Positions 1-7,968 of a stretch of 64,000 bases of DNA are shown piece by piece; position 1 is the stretch's first letter, and each line of letters begins with the position of its first letter. Where the stretch lies: the sequence record PV800129.1. One strand, given 5' to 3'. Below the pieces are notes generated by a model. It was given only the letters and a program-made list of their open reading frames with translations, searched no databases and was not told where the DNA came from. The stretch comes from Pseudomonas phage TIETA. Both the position numbers and the translations under genes were made by a program.

Positions 1-109
1 AGCGACAGCTTACATCCGCTCTCATTTTGCAATGAGAATTGCGTACAGTTCATCATGCGCCTCAGAAGTGACTTCACTTTGCATGCGGATGCATGCTATA
101 GTATACCCT

Positions 110-301
110 GTGATAGCTCCGCTATCCCGTTTTGCATGGCACACGAATTGCATAAGCATGACAAGGGTAACCCTCGAAAGCGGAGCTTTCAAAGTGTAGC
201 CTCTACCCTTTAGTATATTGCGACCGGAAGTAGTGACACTGAAAACCTTGACTCCAGCCCAGCAAATACGTTAAACTAAAAGGTTGATAGCTGCCGCTAT
301 C
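110..301. repeat. Palindromes GATAGC-N3/4-GCTATC (110-124, 286-301) and variant CTTAGC-TGCC-GCTAAG (1076-1091) flanking the AP2 gene
   Basis: Read directly: gatagctccgctatc, gatagctgccgctatc, cttagctgccgctaag; 6-bp arms around a TGCC-like core. Confidence 0.5.
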
Positions 302-331
302 GAGTAACCAACATTCACACAAGGAGGTACA

Positions 332-934
332 ATGACAAGCAACAATCATGCCAAGATTCACATCCATTACGCTAAGCAAATCTACTACGCCATGCGTAAA
401 CGTGCCATCGCAAGCGATGAGATATGCAAGGAATGGGCCAAGCCCAAGACAGGCTTCGAAGCGTTCTATGATTGGGTGGTGAATGTGTCAGGGTACGCCG
501 TAGGCTACCGCCTAGACAGGAATATTCTCTTCCCGGGAAACAAGCTCTATGCTCCGCATACATGCGAGTTCACACCTACATACATGCATACTCTATTCAC
601 CAACTGCGACAAGGCATGCAATAGCCGTGCCAATACGTGGGATAGCTATATCCCTCTAGGCGTCCGCCTAGCACGCTATGACAAGTATGGGATGCCTGTA
701 TACGTGGCTCAGTGTAGGACACTTGGAAAGCAGTCTACCCTTGGATCGTTCGACGATCCGATGCAAGCCCATGCGGCATGGCAACATGCCAAGGTAGCAG
801 CCATCCATGAATGTATCGATCTCTATCAGATGGAAGACGTTCACAGTGTAAACGTTGTTCAAGCGTTGCTTGAGAGAGTGGACAAACTTGGCAAGGATAT
901 TGCACAGGGGAAAGAGACTACATTGTTGCAGTAG
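332..934 (+). CDS. AP2-domain DNA-binding protein, probable free-standing homing-endonuclease-like gene
   Basis: RBS AAGGAGG 7 nt upstream of ATG; C-terminal GVRLARYDKYG...LGSFDDPMQAHAAWQHA matches the AP2 signature (GVR..., LG.F, AA.A); + strand gene isolated inside a - strand module. Confidence 0.45.
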   Translation: MTSNNHAKIHIHYAKQIYYAMRKRAIASDEICKEWAKPKTGFEAFYDWVVNVSGYAVGYRLDRNILFPGNKLYAPHTCEFTPTYMHTLFTNCDKACNSRANTWDSYIPLGVRLARYDKYGMPVYVAQCRTLGKQSTLGSFDDPMQAHAAWQHAKVAAIHECIDLYQMEDVHSVNVVQALLERVDKLGKDIAQGKETTLLQ

Positions 935-1332
935 ATCGACGGAGCCATGGTCAACCCCTCTTAGAGTGCGAGTAATCCGATAGCGAAGCTATCAAATGTA
1001 TATGCATATTCCATGCCAACATGTGGAAAGATTTTACCCGGCAGGGCGGGAGCCCGTTGGCATTAGTTTTGCATAGCTTAGCTGCCGCTAAGAAGGAAAG
1101 ACCACGGCCGCCCATTATTTTGAATTTACTAAGGGTTAGGGTAGCGAGGTGGGTTCGTGGTTAAGTAGCTCGGAAATAAATCCATAACTGGCAGAAGGCG
1201 AACCAGCAGAGGGTAGGCCCGCTCCCTCCATTATTTTCCCAGCAGTAGAGGAGGCACACTCTACAAACGTATCACTCTCTTCGGCGGGGGTTTAGGATTC
1301 GAATATACCTTTAGCGGCTAAATGCCATCATT

Positions 1333-1361
1333 GCTTATTTCCTATTTTCGTGCTATAATCC
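1333..1361 (+). promoter_or_regulatory. sigma70-like promoter (TTGCTT-N17-TATAAT) for small ORF
   Basis: ttgcttatttcctattttcgtgcTATAAT read in sequence. Confidence 0.4.
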
Positions 1362-1440
1362 TTATAGGATGTGCTTATTCTTCATTATAGCTGGATAAGC
1401 GATGGTTGTATAGATTCACCACAAATAGAAGGAATATAGA

Positions 1441-1598
1441 ATGGAAGATAATATTCAAGCTCCGCTTGCAGCTAGTGCAGGTGGCAAATTCGCAACTGTA
1501 TACGAAGCTATTGTCGCACTCGGAGTAGAAGGGGCTGCCGCTGTGTACAGGGCAGGTGTAGGGAATAGATTGACAACAGCTAGACCATCGGCGTGGTA
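1441..1598 (+). CDS. small hypothetical protein (52 aa, Ala/Gly-rich)
   Basis: ATG with GAAGGAA RBS, ends at TAA just before terminator; below ORF-track size cutoff. Confidence 0.3.
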
Positions 1599-1603
1599 AA
1601 GAG

Positions 1604-1643
1604 AAGCCCCGGGCAGCGAAAGCTGATCCCGGGGCTTTTTATT
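1604..1643. terminator. bidirectional rho-independent terminator (AGCCCCGGG...CCCGGGGCT + TTTTATT)
   Basis: 9-bp GC stem, T-run downstream on + and T-rich flank on -; sits where + and - units converge; near-identical copy at 50743-50780. Confidence 0.7.
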
Positions 1644-1652
1644 GCCTTGAGT

Positions 1653-1919
1653 TTATGTATGAAGAGATTCCAGTTGTCTCTGCTCTTCCATATACTCCCT
1701 AGTGGCGTAGTTCATCATGAGGTTGCAATACTCTTCGTTTATCTGGTCCATGTATTGCAACACTTTCTCCATGCTCTGGCACGGACTGAATCCGTTATGA
1801 CGGAGAATCTTGTTTAGATTTTCACTTCCCCAGAAGTCTCTGGCCCAAGCCTCCAAAGCTACTGCGTAGAGGCTTTTGATGCACCCGATAGGGGCTGGAT
1901 ACCAATATTGCTCAGACAT
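1653..1919 (-). CDS. hypothetical protein (88 aa)
   Basis: ORF at end of leftward operon, no motif recognised. Confidence 0.45.
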   Translation of the reverse strand: MSEQYWYPAPIGCIKSLYAVALEAWARDFWGSENLNKILRHNGFSPCQSMEKVLQYMDQINEEYCNLMMNYATREYMEEQRQLESLHT

Positions 1920-2344
1920 TAGACCCTCCCGAACGTTACGATCACGCCTTGCTTGGCTAGGGTTGCTTGTAGCTCATCCAGTGAGAGGGGCTTACCGCCC
2001 ACGATGACATACTTATCTGCCTCTCCTAGAGTCATCACACACTTAGTCTGGAAGGTAGGCCGATACAAGTCATACACATCGGGTTGCCACTTGCTTCGCA
2101 GGCCAGTTCCGTAGCTAATGAACCGGTCTTCGGGATGATCCCGGATGTATAGGCACCGGGGACTATCATCTGGCCCATCTACGGAGATAGGGTGTTCCAT
2201 CCACTCCCTGATCTTATCAACGACGCCCTCTCCTACCTTCAATTGAGCGTACTGACAGTACTCAAGGAACGCATCAAACTGTTCGGCAGTGAAATTGCTG
2301 ACATCGATCTCTTTAGTTTTCATTCTCTTCCTCCATGTCTGCAA
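1919..2344 (-). CDS. hypothetical protein (141 aa)
   Basis: ORF, start-stop overlap with neighbour. Confidence 0.5.
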   Translation of the reverse strand: MQTWRKRMKTKEIDVSNFTAEQFDAFLEYCQYAQLKVGEGVVDKIREWMEHPISVDGPDDSPRCLYIRDHPEDRFISYGTGLRSKWQPDVYDLYRPTFQTKCVMTLGEADKYVIVGGKPLSLDELQATLAKQGVIVTFGRV

Positions 2345-2735
2345 TGATTTCCTTCAACGCTTGAAGCGTGTAGGTGCCATTTAGCTCTGTAGTAGGACCA
2401 GTGTCACACTCATGAAGCGTGTACGCGGTCACTTTCTTCTCAGTGACGAAATGGAAGTCTACCCTTCGGAAGTCGTAGGTCGATTTCGAGTATCCAATGG
2501 CCTCTTTGAGTTCTTCCTCGTACCACAGGAATGTCATTGGACTTCCGTCGCTTTTACGAGTGTAGTCCAGCAGATTATCTCCAACCCACAGTAGCACTTG
2601 AGCCTTGTCGTACATGAAGCCGTTTCCGCTCCCAAACTCGATACCATAAGCCTTAAGGTGCTGTTGTACTGCAATGTTCTCTTCGGGGGTCTTCACAATA
2701 GTGTAAAACTTCACCAAACGCTCTTTCAATTTCAT
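2313..2735 (-). CDS. hypothetical protein (140 aa)
   Basis: ORF, operon context. Confidence 0.5.
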   Translation of the reverse strand: MKLKERLVKFYTIVKTPEENIAVQQHLKAYGIEFGSGNGFMYDKAQVLLWVGDNLLDYTRKSDGSPMTFLWYEEELKEAIGYSKSTYDFRRVDFHFVTEKKVTAYTLHECDTGPTTELNGTYTLQALKEIIADMEEENEN

Positions 2736-2751
2736 TCCTCCTGTCTGTGTT

Positions 2752-3459
2752 TTATGGGAGTGTAAAACGTTCCCAGTCCATTGTCAAGCTCTCTGTGGGG
2801 ATAGACCGTTCCAGACGCTCTCTAGCCTCTTTTAGAATGATATCCCACTCATCGCCTTCTTGGACTCCTACATACTTCTCCATCATCAACGCACGGTCAA
2901 TCAGACCAGCCTTGTAGTTATCCCGGCTACGCTTGCGGGCTACCAGCTTGTCGATGTAGTCCTTCTTATCTGCCAAAGCGGCGATAGCCTTCCTAGCCAT
3001 AAGGGCAGCGTATTCTTTTTCCTCCGAAGTCATCCACGGCATATTGGTCAGTACGAGGTCAGCGGCGTCCCTGACCAAGGGGATATCTCTCCATAGGAAT
3101 CCTACCGGTCTCAGGTCTGAGTCTGCGGTAGCTCTCCACTGTAGCACTGTTCCGGTCTTAGAATCTGTAATATGCACCTTCTCATCGATACGGTGGGCCA
3201 TCATCGAAAATCTCCAGTTGCGGTCTACGATCCATCGCTTCCAGTCGAAGAATGTAGCACAAATAGCCTTAACCGGGTCTCCGACCTTAGCATCCAGTTC
3301 CTTCAGACGTTTAATCTGCTTAGCGTTTATATACTTTACAGGCCGGGAGGCTGGATCATAGCACTCCTCTACCTGAAACTCCTCAGCCCGAGACTCCAAC
3401 ACTTTAGGCTCATCGTTACTTTCTTCCTCTCGGAACCATGCGAACAGCTTCTTAAACAT
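2752..3459 (-). CDS. hypothetical protein (235 aa)
   Basis: long ORF, no motif recognised. Confidence 0.5.
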   Translation of the reverse strand: MFKKLFAWFREEESNDEPKVLESRAEEFQVEECYDPASRPVKYINAKQIKRLKELDAKVGDPVKAICATFFDWKRWIVDRNWRFSMMAHRIDEKVHITDSKTGTVLQWRATADSDLRPVGFLWRDIPLVRDAADLVLTNMPWMTSEEKEYAALMARKAIAALADKKDYIDKLVARKRSRDNYKAGLIDRALMMEKYVGVQEGDEWDIILKEARERLERSIPTESLTMDWERFTLP

Positions 3460-3461
3460 AT

Positions 3462-3740
3462 TCAGTCCTCCTCTCCTGTGATAGCTACCCTAGTCAGTCT
3501 CCACACTTTCCGAGGGAGCCTAACGAGGAATAGCATAGTCATAAATGGTACTGCGATAGGCCAGAATATTCCAGCCAACACCGCCCGGGCCTCTCTCTTA
3601 CGCCTCTCTGTACTTTCTCCCCTCCACCCAAGAAGTGGTCGTAGAGATTCCCATACGAACATCCCTATCACAGAGTAGAACAATAGGCAGACCACTCCGA
3701 CGACTATGCATACGAGAATGAGAAGCCCTACTTGTTCCAT
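3462..3740 (-). CDS. small membrane protein (92 aa)
   Basis: hydrophobic stretches LLILVCIVVGVVCLLFY and IFWPIAVPFMTMLFLV. Confidence 0.5.
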   Translation of the reverse strand: MEQVGLLILVCIVVGVVCLLFYSVIGMFVWESLRPLLGWRGESTERRKREARAVLAGIFWPIAVPFMTMLFLVRLPRKVWRLTRVAITGEED

Positions 3741-4039
3741 GGTGCGATCCTCTTAAGTAGTTTACGGCTGTTCCAGATAGACAGAGCCCACTTAGGTAAC
3801 AACACCACTTTCAAAACGCTGTATGTTGCGTAGAGTAGCAGAAAGCTAGCATACACTGTGAATGTAATAGGCCATAGCAGTCCCAGTACAATGGCAAAAG
3901 CCTCGATACCCTCTCTGTGATCTTTAGTCGCACTAGCTGGGAAGTTATCTTTGAAATACTCCGTGATACCCATGTAGGTCCACATGAACGCAATTCCCCA
4001 CGCGAGCGCGAGGACGAATAGCATTGGGATTATCTCCAT
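3728..4039 (-). CDS. small membrane protein (103 aa)
   Basis: three hydrophobic helices. Confidence 0.5.
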   Translation of the reverse strand: MEIIPMLFVLALAWGIAFMWTYMGITEYFKDNFPASATKDHREGIEAFAIVLGLLWPITFTVYASFLLLYATYSVLKVVLLPKWALSIWNSRKLLKRIAPWNK

Positions 4040-4455
4040 TACTCACCTCCTTTGCGAATCAAGTCGAAGTAGGCCCACACGTAAAAGTTACACCATAGCC
4101 GGCCAAGAGCCGAGTTAGCCGATGTGTCAACCTCGTCTCCTGTGGAAACTAGGTCAGCGAATACCTGAGACGCTACGTTTCTATAGTCGGTCAGGATTTG
4201 GTCCGGCGGATTATTCGCAAATATAGCCACAAGATCAGGATCATGTCTTTCGTCTAGATTACTCATTACCGAGTTGAGAGGACCGATTCCAAAGTTTTTA
4301 TCTAACCATCCTTTAAAATACTGAACATCTTCGACGGTTACGTTAGAGCTAGTATCCATGGCAAGCTCCTCCAGAATATAACACATGTAAGGTTCCGGCT
4401 GGTTTAAGAAGAATATCCGCATGCCTTCCTTGATCAGTGCTGCAATAGAATTCAT
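4039..4455 (-). CDS. paralogue B of tandem small-protein pair; carries inserted ~37-aa segment identical to the N-terminus of baseplate J-like protein
   Basis: probable start MNSIAALIKEG with AAGGAGG RBS; shares EPYMCYI...NFYVW(A/S)YFDLIRK with upstream paralogue; segment DQILTDYRNVASQVFADLVSTGDEVDTSANSALGRL equals residues ~15-50 of 42463..43926. Confidence 0.55.
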   Translation of the reverse strand: MNSIAALIKEGMRIFFLNQPEPYMCYILEELAMDTSSNVTVEDVQYFKGWLDKNFGIGPLNSVMSNLDERHDPDLVAIFANNPPDQILTDYRNVASQVFADLVSTGDEVDTSANSALGRLWCNFYVWAYFDLIRKGGE

Positions 4456-4736
4456 TTCCCCTCCTTTCGAATCAGGTCGAAATAAGACCAAACGTAAAAG
4501 TTTTTCCAGTTTACCTCGGTATCCTCCAACCGGTTGATCCGCAGGTAATCGCTAACTGACTCCCAAGTGGAGATGCCGTGAGCTTCTAGTAGCCACTCCC
4601 TGAACGATCGATACTCCTTGGAGGTGATCTGCTGCTCTTCTACGAGATCACTCATGATATAACACATGTAAGGTTCTTGATTGTTAACCAAGTAGTCTTC
4701 TAGTCCGATCTTTATCAACTCTGCAACAGTTCTCAT
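4452..4736 (-). CDS. paralogue A of tandem small-protein pair
   Basis: probable start MRTVAELIKIG with AAGGAGG RBS; motifs EPYMCYI and NFYVWSYFDLIRK. Confidence 0.55.
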   Translation of the reverse strand: MRTVAELIKIGLEDYLVNNQEPYMCYIMSDLVEEQQITSKEYRSFREWLLEAHGISTWESVSDYLRINRLEDTEVNWKNFYVWSYFDLIRKEGK

Positions 4737-4790
4737 TGTTCCTCCTTTGAGAGCCCCACTAGGGCTCAAAATTTTTGCTTCGACCTGCGG

Positions 4791-5006
4791 TCAACACATC
4801 ACAACCCAGTTGTACAGGTCAGCCTCCTCGTAAGCCGATGGGTAGCGATTGTACTCCAAGAAGAACGCATGGTCAATAGCTGCGTATTTGGTTGCGAAGC
4901 TGTTGATGTACGTTATAAACCCGTTGTCGCCCCGGCTAAACAGGGCGTATTCCTCAGTACCATCCTTGAACGTATCTAACGCGATAATATACTTGTCGAA
5001 GATCAT
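4791..5006 (-). CDS. hypothetical protein (71 aa)
   Basis: ORF. Confidence 0.4.
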   Translation of the reverse strand: MIFDKYIIALDTFKDGTEEYALFSRGDNGFITYINSFATKYAAIDHAFFLEYNRYPSAYEEADLYNWVVMC

Positions 5007-5344
5007 AGCATTTCCTCCCGGCTGATGTAGTAGTTGTATTCATCCTCTTGGACGAGGAATGCTCGATAGAATCCCTTCTCGAAATCTCCTTTGACCAGTA
5101 CCAGATTTCCATCCACCTTGCAGGTGTAGATGTACATGGTGTTCGCTACTCGGATAACAGGATCATCCCCGGGACGAACATCCAGAGCAGAGAGCATAGC
5201 CTCCATTGGCATGCTTGTCAAGTGTGCAACTACAGCCGAGCAGTATTCTGCATCGCGGCCAGAAGTGTCCTCTGCATAAGCAGGAGCGACCCCGCACGAA
5301 TGCAGGGCGAGTGTAAACGCAATAGCTACGAGTTTCTTGAACAT
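5003..5344 (-). CDS. secreted or periplasmic small protein with signal peptide
   Basis: MFKKLVAIAFTLALHSCGVAPAYA then EDTS: n-region, hydrophobic core, AxA cleavage site; start at internal Met of track ORF. Confidence 0.5.
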   Translation of the reverse strand: MFKKLVAIAFTLALHSCGVAPAYAEDTSGRDAEYCSAVVAHLTSMPMEAMLSALDVRPGDDPVIRVANTMYIYTCKVDGNLVLVKGDFEKGFYRAFLVQEDEYNYYISREEML

Positions 5345-5345
5345 A

Positions 5346-5849
5346 CTAACCCTCCTCTTGGTCTGTCTGGGGAACATCCGGCTTGGGGTAGACGAATGTC
5401 TCTGGATACTTCATGCATCTTAGCTCATCTTTGCAGAACCCGTCAATCAATTTCTCATGTGCGAATTCCGCAGCCTTGTAGTAGCGATTAGCCTGTCTTG
5501 CCTCCACTCGAAGGAGGTGGCTTATCGTGTGAGCGTTGATATTACTAAGACTTGCAAAAATTGTCAAGAGCTTTTTTGCAGAAAGAGGAATCGACCTTTC
5601 ATCGGGTCTGTACCAGTCCAGCCGGGCAACTCCTTGGAGAACGTCGTCTACCCACAACGGGTAGTCTCCGTCTAGCTCGACCATGACTTCGTACATTTCA
5701 GGCTGAACAGCGTTGAAAAAGAAAGAGGGCTTTCGCCCTCTGCTGGTATCTAGAGGAGGAACAAGCCCCCTCTCCACCTTGTGAATCAACCGATCAGCAT
5801 TCGCCCCTATCCGAGACTTTAGCTCCTCGATCTCTTCACATGTCAACAT
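5346..5849 (-). CDS. hypothetical protein (167 aa)
   Basis: ORF; possible helix-turn-helix near LSNINAHTISHLLRVEARQANRY, unconfirmed. Confidence 0.45.
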   Translation of the reverse strand: MLTCEEIEELKSRIGANADRLIHKVERGLVPPLDTSRGRKPSFFFNAVQPEMYEVMVELDGDYPLWVDDVLQGVARLDWYRPDERSIPLSAKKLLTIFASLSNINAHTISHLLRVEARQANRYYKAAEFAHEKLIDGFCKDELRCMKYPETFVYPKPDVPQTDQEEG

Positions 5850-6294
5850 ACGGAGGGCACACCTTAGATTTCTCGATAGTGAACACGCCTTCGCATGTCA
5901 GGTTAGCAGGTCCATACCACTTGAACATGTTGTTGATATCGTATCGAATCAACTGGCGGAACTTCTGCCCGTCGCACATATCAACGTCGAACCACGCCAC
6001 GACCCATCTGACGTAATCTTCAGGGTCGTTCTCTTCTCGCCATCTGCACTCTAGATCAACGTGACTGGGCTCTAGAACGTAAATGTCTTCGAACCCTGTA
6101 CTCTGGTTGTTCTTAAGTCGGATGATTCGAGCGCGAATCCATTGCATGCACCTGCGGTTTGGGTCTGTGATATCGCAGACTACCGGAACCTCTGGAACCT
6201 CAACTGTATACATGATTGTACCTCTATTTGTTTTACAAGAACGCCATGATTCTGTCTCTATCTGCATGGCGGTACAGATTGAAGCAAGGCACAC
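5836..6294 (-). CDS. hypothetical Cys-rich protein (152 aa)
   Basis: ORF. Confidence 0.45.
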   Translation of the reverse strand: MCLASICTAMQIETESWRSCKTNRGTIMYTVEVPEVPVVCDITDPNRRCMQWIRARIIRLKNNQSTGFEDIYVLEPSHVDLECRWREENDPEDYVRWVVAWFDVDMCDGQKFRQLIRYDINNMFKWYGPANLTCEGVFTIEKSKVCPPYVDM

Positions 6295-6814
6295 CTCTAG
6301 AGGACGCCAGTTGCCAAGCGGTCCTAGTCCCGCCTTCTGGAATCCCGTTGTGGTCTGTCTTGCTCCAGCACACCAAGAACTTGCTAGGCGTGTTGAGATC
6401 GATTCCCAGCACTTGGAAAACGTTCCGAGTGTGGGCTCGTCTTGCGAACGGGCTTAGAACGGACCTCCCGTCATTTCTGACAGAGTTCCAAGCCGGATGA
6501 ATTTGACTGGCAATGCCTTTAGCTTCTTCCCATTCAGCCGGCAACTCTTTCTCTGGCAGGATGGTAGCTCCGAGCGTCTCAGTTATCACATACTGATTGA
6601 ACCCGGGCTCCGGCAGATAGATTTCTGCTGTAGTTCCTCCTCTATTATTGGAGATATAGTCTAGCCATCCTGCCTCGAACGCGGAGTCCGCCCCCTTCGC
6701 TCCTCCTGACCGAAGAATAAAACCTCGTTCCGCTAGTTTACGACCTAGCTCCCTGAGAATGCCCCACTCCTTGTTAGGCGTATCTCTACTTCCGACTCCT
6801 GTATAGTACTTCAT
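6233..6814 (-). CDS. DprA/Smf-like Rossmann-fold protein (SLOG superfamily)
   Basis: start at internal MKYYTGVGSRDTP (ATGA overlap with upstream stop); motifs GVGSR, SGGAKGADSAFEAG, PFARRAHTRN, GGTRTAWQLASSRGVPCFNL line up with DprA blocks GSR / SGxAxGxDxxAH / RNR / SGSxxTA. Confidence 0.6.
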   Translation of the reverse strand: MKYYTGVGSRDTPNKEWGILRELGRKLAERGFILRSGGAKGADSAFEAGWLDYISNNRGGTTAEIYLPEPGFNQYVITETLGATILPEKELPAEWEEAKGIASQIHPAWNSVRNDGRSVLSPFARRAHTRNVFQVLGIDLNTPSKFLVCWSKTDHNGIPEGGTRTAWQLASSRGVPCFNLYRHADRDRIMAFL

Positions 6815-7122
6815 CAATCCACCATCTGTCCAAGTTCTCCAGATGTTACCCAGTGTTGACGATAATCCCCTTCCGAGGTAGTGTACTCCACTAACACTGG
6901 ATAGAAGTCGTCTTCGTAGTCTATGGATACCACCTTGCATTCACATCCTCTGGGGATAGTGTACCCATCGCTTTTCATGGTTAGTAGCATTCCCCGGTAC
7001 ACGTCCTTTACCTCTAAACCGCTTCCTTCAGACGCTTCAAACTTGTGTCTCAATTTCTCGACTATTTGAACTTGCAAATAGAGAAGTTCATATGTTGTCA
7101 AGTTGTCCAGATCGATAGCCAT
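6814..7122 (-). CDS. hypothetical protein (102 aa)
   Basis: ORF. Confidence 0.45.
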   Translation of the reverse strand: MAIDLDNLTTYELLYLQVQIVEKLRHKFEASEGSGLEVKDVYRGMLLTMKSDGYTIPRGCECKVVSIDYEDDFYPVLVEYTTSEGDYRQHWVTSGELGQMVD

Positions 7123-7123
7123 G

Positions 7124-7273
7124 TCACTCCCTCCCTTCTAGCTTTTTGAATTCCTTGTCCAGCTTAGTTAGATGCTTATCCAGCTTATCTAGCTTTTTAT
7201 CCTGATAAAGCTGGAAAGCCTCCGAGCCCGGGGCCAACCAAGTCCCCTTATACTTAATTGCACCCCGGATCAT
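7124..7273 (-). CDS. small coiled-coil protein (49 aa)
   Basis: internal Met with AGGAGGAG RBS; KKLDKLDKHLTKLDKEFKKLE heptads; ORF trimmed to avoid overlap with macro gene. Confidence 0.35.
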   Translation of the reverse strand: MIRGAIKYKGTWLAPGSEAFQLYQDKKLDKLDKHLTKLDKEFKKLEGRE

Positions 7274-7284
7274 ATCTCCTCCTA

Positions 7285-7764
7285 TTACAGTTCGTAAACG
7301 TACACTTGAAACTGGCCCAGCGTCTCCTCTATAAGAGGCTCGACATTGCTCCAGTCCTCTCCGGCTAAACCGCATCCAATCTTCGGCAGACCTACACACA
7401 ACTCCGAGGTAGGAATCGCCCGAGCGTCAGCCTCTGCCTCAAGGAACAGAGACATAGTGTACAAGGCTTGGCCCAGTGCGTCAAGCTGAGTGTAGACTCG
7501 ACCCTCTTCTCGGCCATAGTTGTACTGTCCGTACAGATTATAAATCGATCCGTACTCGTTCATTGTGAAGGTGAGGGATCCGAGCTTTGCTCGGTCCCCT
7601 TTCTCCGTAGCTAGGTCCGCCTCGTAAGCTTCCGGGAATTGCTCCCGGATTTGCTTAGCAATGCCGCTGCCCATGGTGTTGAAGCAATTAGCCTGATGTG
7701 CAATAGCGTGCAACTCTTTGTTTTTGAACGCTGCGATAAGATCGCCCTTTCGGTATTTAATCAT
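7285..7764 (-). CDS. macro domain protein (ADP-ribose binding/processing)
   Basis: HQANCFNTMGSGIAKQIREQFPEA and GLPKIGCGLAGEDW match macro-domain signatures (NAAN...GGGV, P.IG.GL.G). Confidence 0.7.
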   Translation of the reverse strand: MIKYRKGDLIAAFKNKELHAIAHQANCFNTMGSGIAKQIREQFPEAYEADLATEKGDRAKLGSLTFTMNEYGSIYNLYGQYNYGREEGRVYTQLDALGQALYTMSLFLEAEADARAIPTSELCVGLPKIGCGLAGEDWSNVEPLIEETLGQFQVYVYEL

Positions 7765-7958
7765 TTGAACCTCTCTACACTTGTGTATCTGATATTCAAA
7801 CCTTCCGCATCAGCTCTGATCTTATCGTACATCAAGTCTAATGCTGCGAATGGAGACCAGTACCCTTTCTCCCAGATTTTAAACTTGAACAATCTATGTC
7901 CTTTATTCTCTGGTCGGCCTTGCTCACAGAAGGTTGTAAAATAATATTTAGCCAACAT
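7761..7958 (-). CDS. hypothetical protein (65 aa)
   Basis: start at internal Met with AAGGAGG RBS. Confidence 0.4.
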   Translation of the reverse strand: MLAKYYFTTFCEQGRPENKGHRLFKFKIWEKGYWSPFAALDLMYDKIRADAEGLNIRYTSVERFK

Positions 7959-7968
7959 CCTCGCCTCC

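Noticed and set aside
3172-3678. + strand ORFs inside the leftward operon (e.g. 3044..3361, 3172..3678, 5048..5491, 6083..6500, 8065..9348, 10382..10996, 11835..12272, 12815..13360, 14177..14665, 15217..16350)
   Set aside because: Antisense to a tightly packed, start-stop-coupled - strand operon. No RBS. Low-complexity translations.
5346-5849. 167-aa protein as a phage sigma factor
   Set aside because: Only a vague HTH-like stretch. No sigma region 2/4 signatures I can verify by eye.
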